In this document: positions 61,731 to 64,000 of the stretch, in pieces | How the letters are laid out: the number at the start of each line of letters is the position of its first letter | Position numbering within the stretch: position 1 is the stretch's first letter | DNA from: a virus | Length of the DNA stretch: 64,000 nucleotides | Strand: one strand, 5' to 3' | Virus record (IMG/VR): IMGVR_UViG_3300035135_002933 | Notes under the pieces: model-generated | The model's database searches: none | What the model saw: only the letters and a program-made list of their open reading frames with translations | Told to the model about the DNA's origin: nothing | Made by a program: the position numbers and the translations under genes

Positions 61731-64000
61731 CGCTAACTCCAGCAACCCTACGCCTTGACCTCAAATGTGGCAAAGGTGCGATTTCTGAGGGCGAAAAGTG
61801 CCACGTAGGACCTGCAACCAAAGTGCAAGATAAACCCGCTGTATCGAAAACAGAACACAAAGGACTAACAGGTAAGCAAAAAGCACAAGTTGCAGGGCTA
61901 GCTGCGTATGCGGCGCTTGGCGCCGCCACGCTATATCAGATGAAGAATATACGTAAAGCTTACAGTGAAAAATTCGATCCCGCGCAACGGTATAAACCAT
62001 TCGAGAGAACACTGGGAGATCCCAGCGACGTGCTTAATAACATCACTCGCTCTGACAAACAGGCTGGCCCTTCTCTATTTGGTGACGTAAGCTTCGGTAA
62101 ATACAAAGATAAGGATGTAGTAGTTAAAAGCTTTGGGAAGAAAGGATCTGCAGGGAGTATGGCGATACGAATGATGGAAATGCAGAAAGTCATATCAGAA
62201 GATACAGCAGACGCGCTTATTAGAGGCCAGAAAGCGCTTCAAGTAAACGAAGTTCAAGGTGCTTTCCTCGCTGGCCAACACGGAATCGGCCCCAAGGTTG
62301 TCGCAGCAGGTAACGGCACACGCCGCACCCTGCTTGGTCCCGAACGTGAAAACGTACTTGTCACCGAAGTCGCCAAGGGTCGCCCCCTTTCCAGTCAGGA
62401 CGCACTTATGCGCCAAGGCCCTAAACTACAGGCGCAACTGCAACAGAACCCAGGAGCTGCAATTAAAAAGATTGCTGCGCTCCGATGGCGCGGCTTTACC
62501 AAAGGCACCGAAATAAGTTCAGTCAACAAAGATCGCATCATCCGCAACATGGGGAAGATGCACACTATGGGCATGTCCCACAACGACTTGCATCCAGGGA
62601 ACATCTTCATCAGTAAGGAAGGCGCACAATTCATTGACTTTGGCACCTCTTCCCGCGGCGGAGCTTCCGTCGCCTCCGAGTTCGTCCGCCTGATGAACCC
62701 CCCTCGAACCGGTCTGCAGCAAGTCGGTGGCATGGGTTACAACCTGCGCAGCATGGATCCGCAGGGCTACAAGGCTGCCGAAGTTCGCATCCGCCAGGTG
62801 ATTGGGAAACGCGTAGGTAAACTCACTTCTGCTGATATTCAAAAAGCACTCTCCAAAAGCAAGAACAAAGACACGCTCGAATCCAATCTGCAGCGCATCG
62901 TCGATGATTTTTATCTGCAGTACGAAAGGCGCTCTCGTACTGACGCTCTGACCCCCGCTTCCATCCGCACCGACGCCACACGCAGCAAGCCTTGTGGCGC
63001 CAGCCACATCCCCGCCAGCCACACCTGTCACAAAAAAGGTTCTTCCACCGCCCGTAAAGCCATTGCTGTAGGTCTCGGTGTTACTGCTTTGGGTGCAGGA
63101 GCCTATGCCTTATCTCGGCAAAAGCGACGCAACCAAGCTGCTGTACAAAGGTCAGCGCGCCCCTCGGCATCCCGTGGTCAGCCTTCACCGCAGTCCACAA
63201 CGCCTGCCCCACAAACTACTTCGACTGCTCCCGTTAGGGCAAAGATAAATACGACGGAATTGACCAAAAAACAGAAAGCTCAAACAACCAGTACAAAGCA
63301 GGCTGCACCCCGAGAGCGGCCTCAATCAACTTTTGCTGCATTCAAAAAGCATGCGCTTCAAACAGAAGATGCTAAACCTATTTTGTGGGACAAAAAGAAT
63401 AATTTTTTGATTGCAGAAAATAGAGTAGGCACAAAATATGGATATACTCTCACGCCCGAAGGAATGTGGGTCAGCCTAAAAGTAGGCGGAGTAAGTGACG
63501 AAGTAGACTTTCAGATGCGAGCCTATAACAATAAAGTACCTACTCAGCTATCAGAAGAAAGCGCCAAAGCGACATTTAACAGACTTAGCAAAATGTTTCT
63601 TGAAGCCACCAAAGACAAGAAACCTGATACATTTCTTTGGACCCAAACAGCACGCGAACGTGATATGCAAACTTCGCGTAGTGCACAACTAGGAACAAAT
63701 ACACTTACCCTAGGTAAAGACCCTGAAAATGCACGGACAAAATTCTATAAAGCTTTGGGCTTTGAATTTGATCCAGAATCAGGTGAAGTAGGACGTACTC
63801 TCGGCGATGTTCGCACTTATTTATCCACAAGCAACCGTAACCGTCTTACCCGAGGCGACTCCACTCGGGTTGTGGTCCTAACTCCAACCTCTATCCGCAC
63901 CGACGCCGCCCGCAGCAAGCCTTGTGGTGCCAGCCACATCCCCGCCAACCACACCTGCCACAAACGTGGCGGCGGCCCGACCCCCAAGAGAGTCGCCCTT
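61727..64000 (+). CDS. modular polyprotein C (kinase-like and GNAT-like cassettes), runs off the window end
   Basis: ATGA overlap; 758 codons without a stop (absent from the ORF track); MTLTPATLRLDLKCGKGAISEGEKC; HNDLHPGN..DFG; RTDA-xx-SKPCGASHIP x2. Confidence 0.8.
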   Translation, partial: MTLTPATLRLDLKCGKGAISEGEKCHVGPATKVQDKPAVSKTEHKGLTGKQKAQVAGLAAYAALGAATLYQMKNIRKAYSEKFDPAQRYKPFERTLGDPSDVLNNITRSDKQAGPSLFGDVSFGKYKDKDVVVKSFGKKGSAGSMAIRMMEMQKVISEDTADALIRGQKALQVNEVQGAFLAGQHGIGPKVVAAGNGTRRTLLGPERENVLVTEVAKGRPLSSQDALMRQGPKLQAQLQQNPGAAIKKIAALRWRGFTKGTEISSVNKDRIIRNMGKMHTMGMSHNDLHPGNIFISKEGAQFIDFGTSSRGGASVASEFVRLMNPPRTGLQQVGGMGYNLRSMDPQGYKAAEVRIRQVIGKRVGKLTSADIQKALSKSKNKDTLESNLQRIVDDFYLQYERRSRTDALTPASIRTDATRSKPCGASHIPASHTCHKKGSSTARKAIAVGLGVTALGAGAYALSRQKRRNQAAVQRSARPSASRGQPSPQSTTPAPQTTSTAPVRAKINTTELTKKQKAQTTSTKQAAPRERPQSTFAAFKKHALQTEDAKPILWDKKNNFLIAENRVGTKYGYTLTPEGMWVSLKVGGVSDEVDFQMRAYNNKVPTQLSEESAKATFNRLSKMFLEATKDKKPDTFLWTQTARERDMQTSRSAQLGTNTLTLGKDPENARTKFYKALGFEFDPESGEVGRTLGDVRTYLSTSNRNRLTRGDSTRVVVLTPTSIRTDAARSKPCGASHIPANHTCHKRGGGPTPKRVAL
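62963..63964. repeat. 72-bp dispersed direct repeat (62963-63034 and 63893-63964)
   Basis: 67/72 identical; encodes IRTDA(T/A)RSKPCGASHIPA(S/N)HTCHK. Confidence 0.9.

Noticed and set aside
1-64000. Prophage status, integrase, photosynthesis AMGs, major capsid gene
   Set aside because: None recognised in this window; lifestyle cannot be decided from it

Overview
This window is part of a tailed dsDNA phage genome (siphovirus-type tail, longer than 64 kb). It very likely infects picocyanobacteria (Synechococcus/Cyanobium-like), judged from a cyanobacterial-type AbrB regulator, a group-2-like sigma-70 factor and cyanobacterial rrn-type boxA motifs. Layout: neck/tail/tape-measure/tail-tip/fibre and lysis genes on + (1-24.9 kb); endolysin, AbrB, intein-split family A DNA polymerase and primase-helicase on - (25-32.9 kb); a replication/regulation operon on + (SSB-like, HTH, PD-(D/E)xK nuclease, dNMP kinase, sigma factor; 33.1-36.7 kb); a 1.4 kb non-coding block (37.4-38.8 kb); about 40 small early-type ORFs ending in dCTP deaminase (38.8-51.6 kb); then terminase, HNH, portal, MuF and large head-associated proteins (51.7-64 kb). 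Major capsid, prohead protease, integrase, tRNAs and CRISPR arrays were not seen in the window. Two unexplained systems stand out. (1) The non-coding block has phased GAGACTCA repeats, three tandem sigma-70-like promoters, three hairpin+boxA-like leaders and three densely base-paired RNA segments, including a roughly 600 nt ornate candidate ncRNA. (2) The head-module genes encode polyproteins built from a repeated cassette (R-x-D site, Cys/His knuckle, one hydrophobic helix, variable enzyme domain: kinase-like, LRAT/papain-like, GNAT-like), which suggests shuffled, protease-processed virion effector cargo. All product calls come from motif recognition by eye; no database searches were run.
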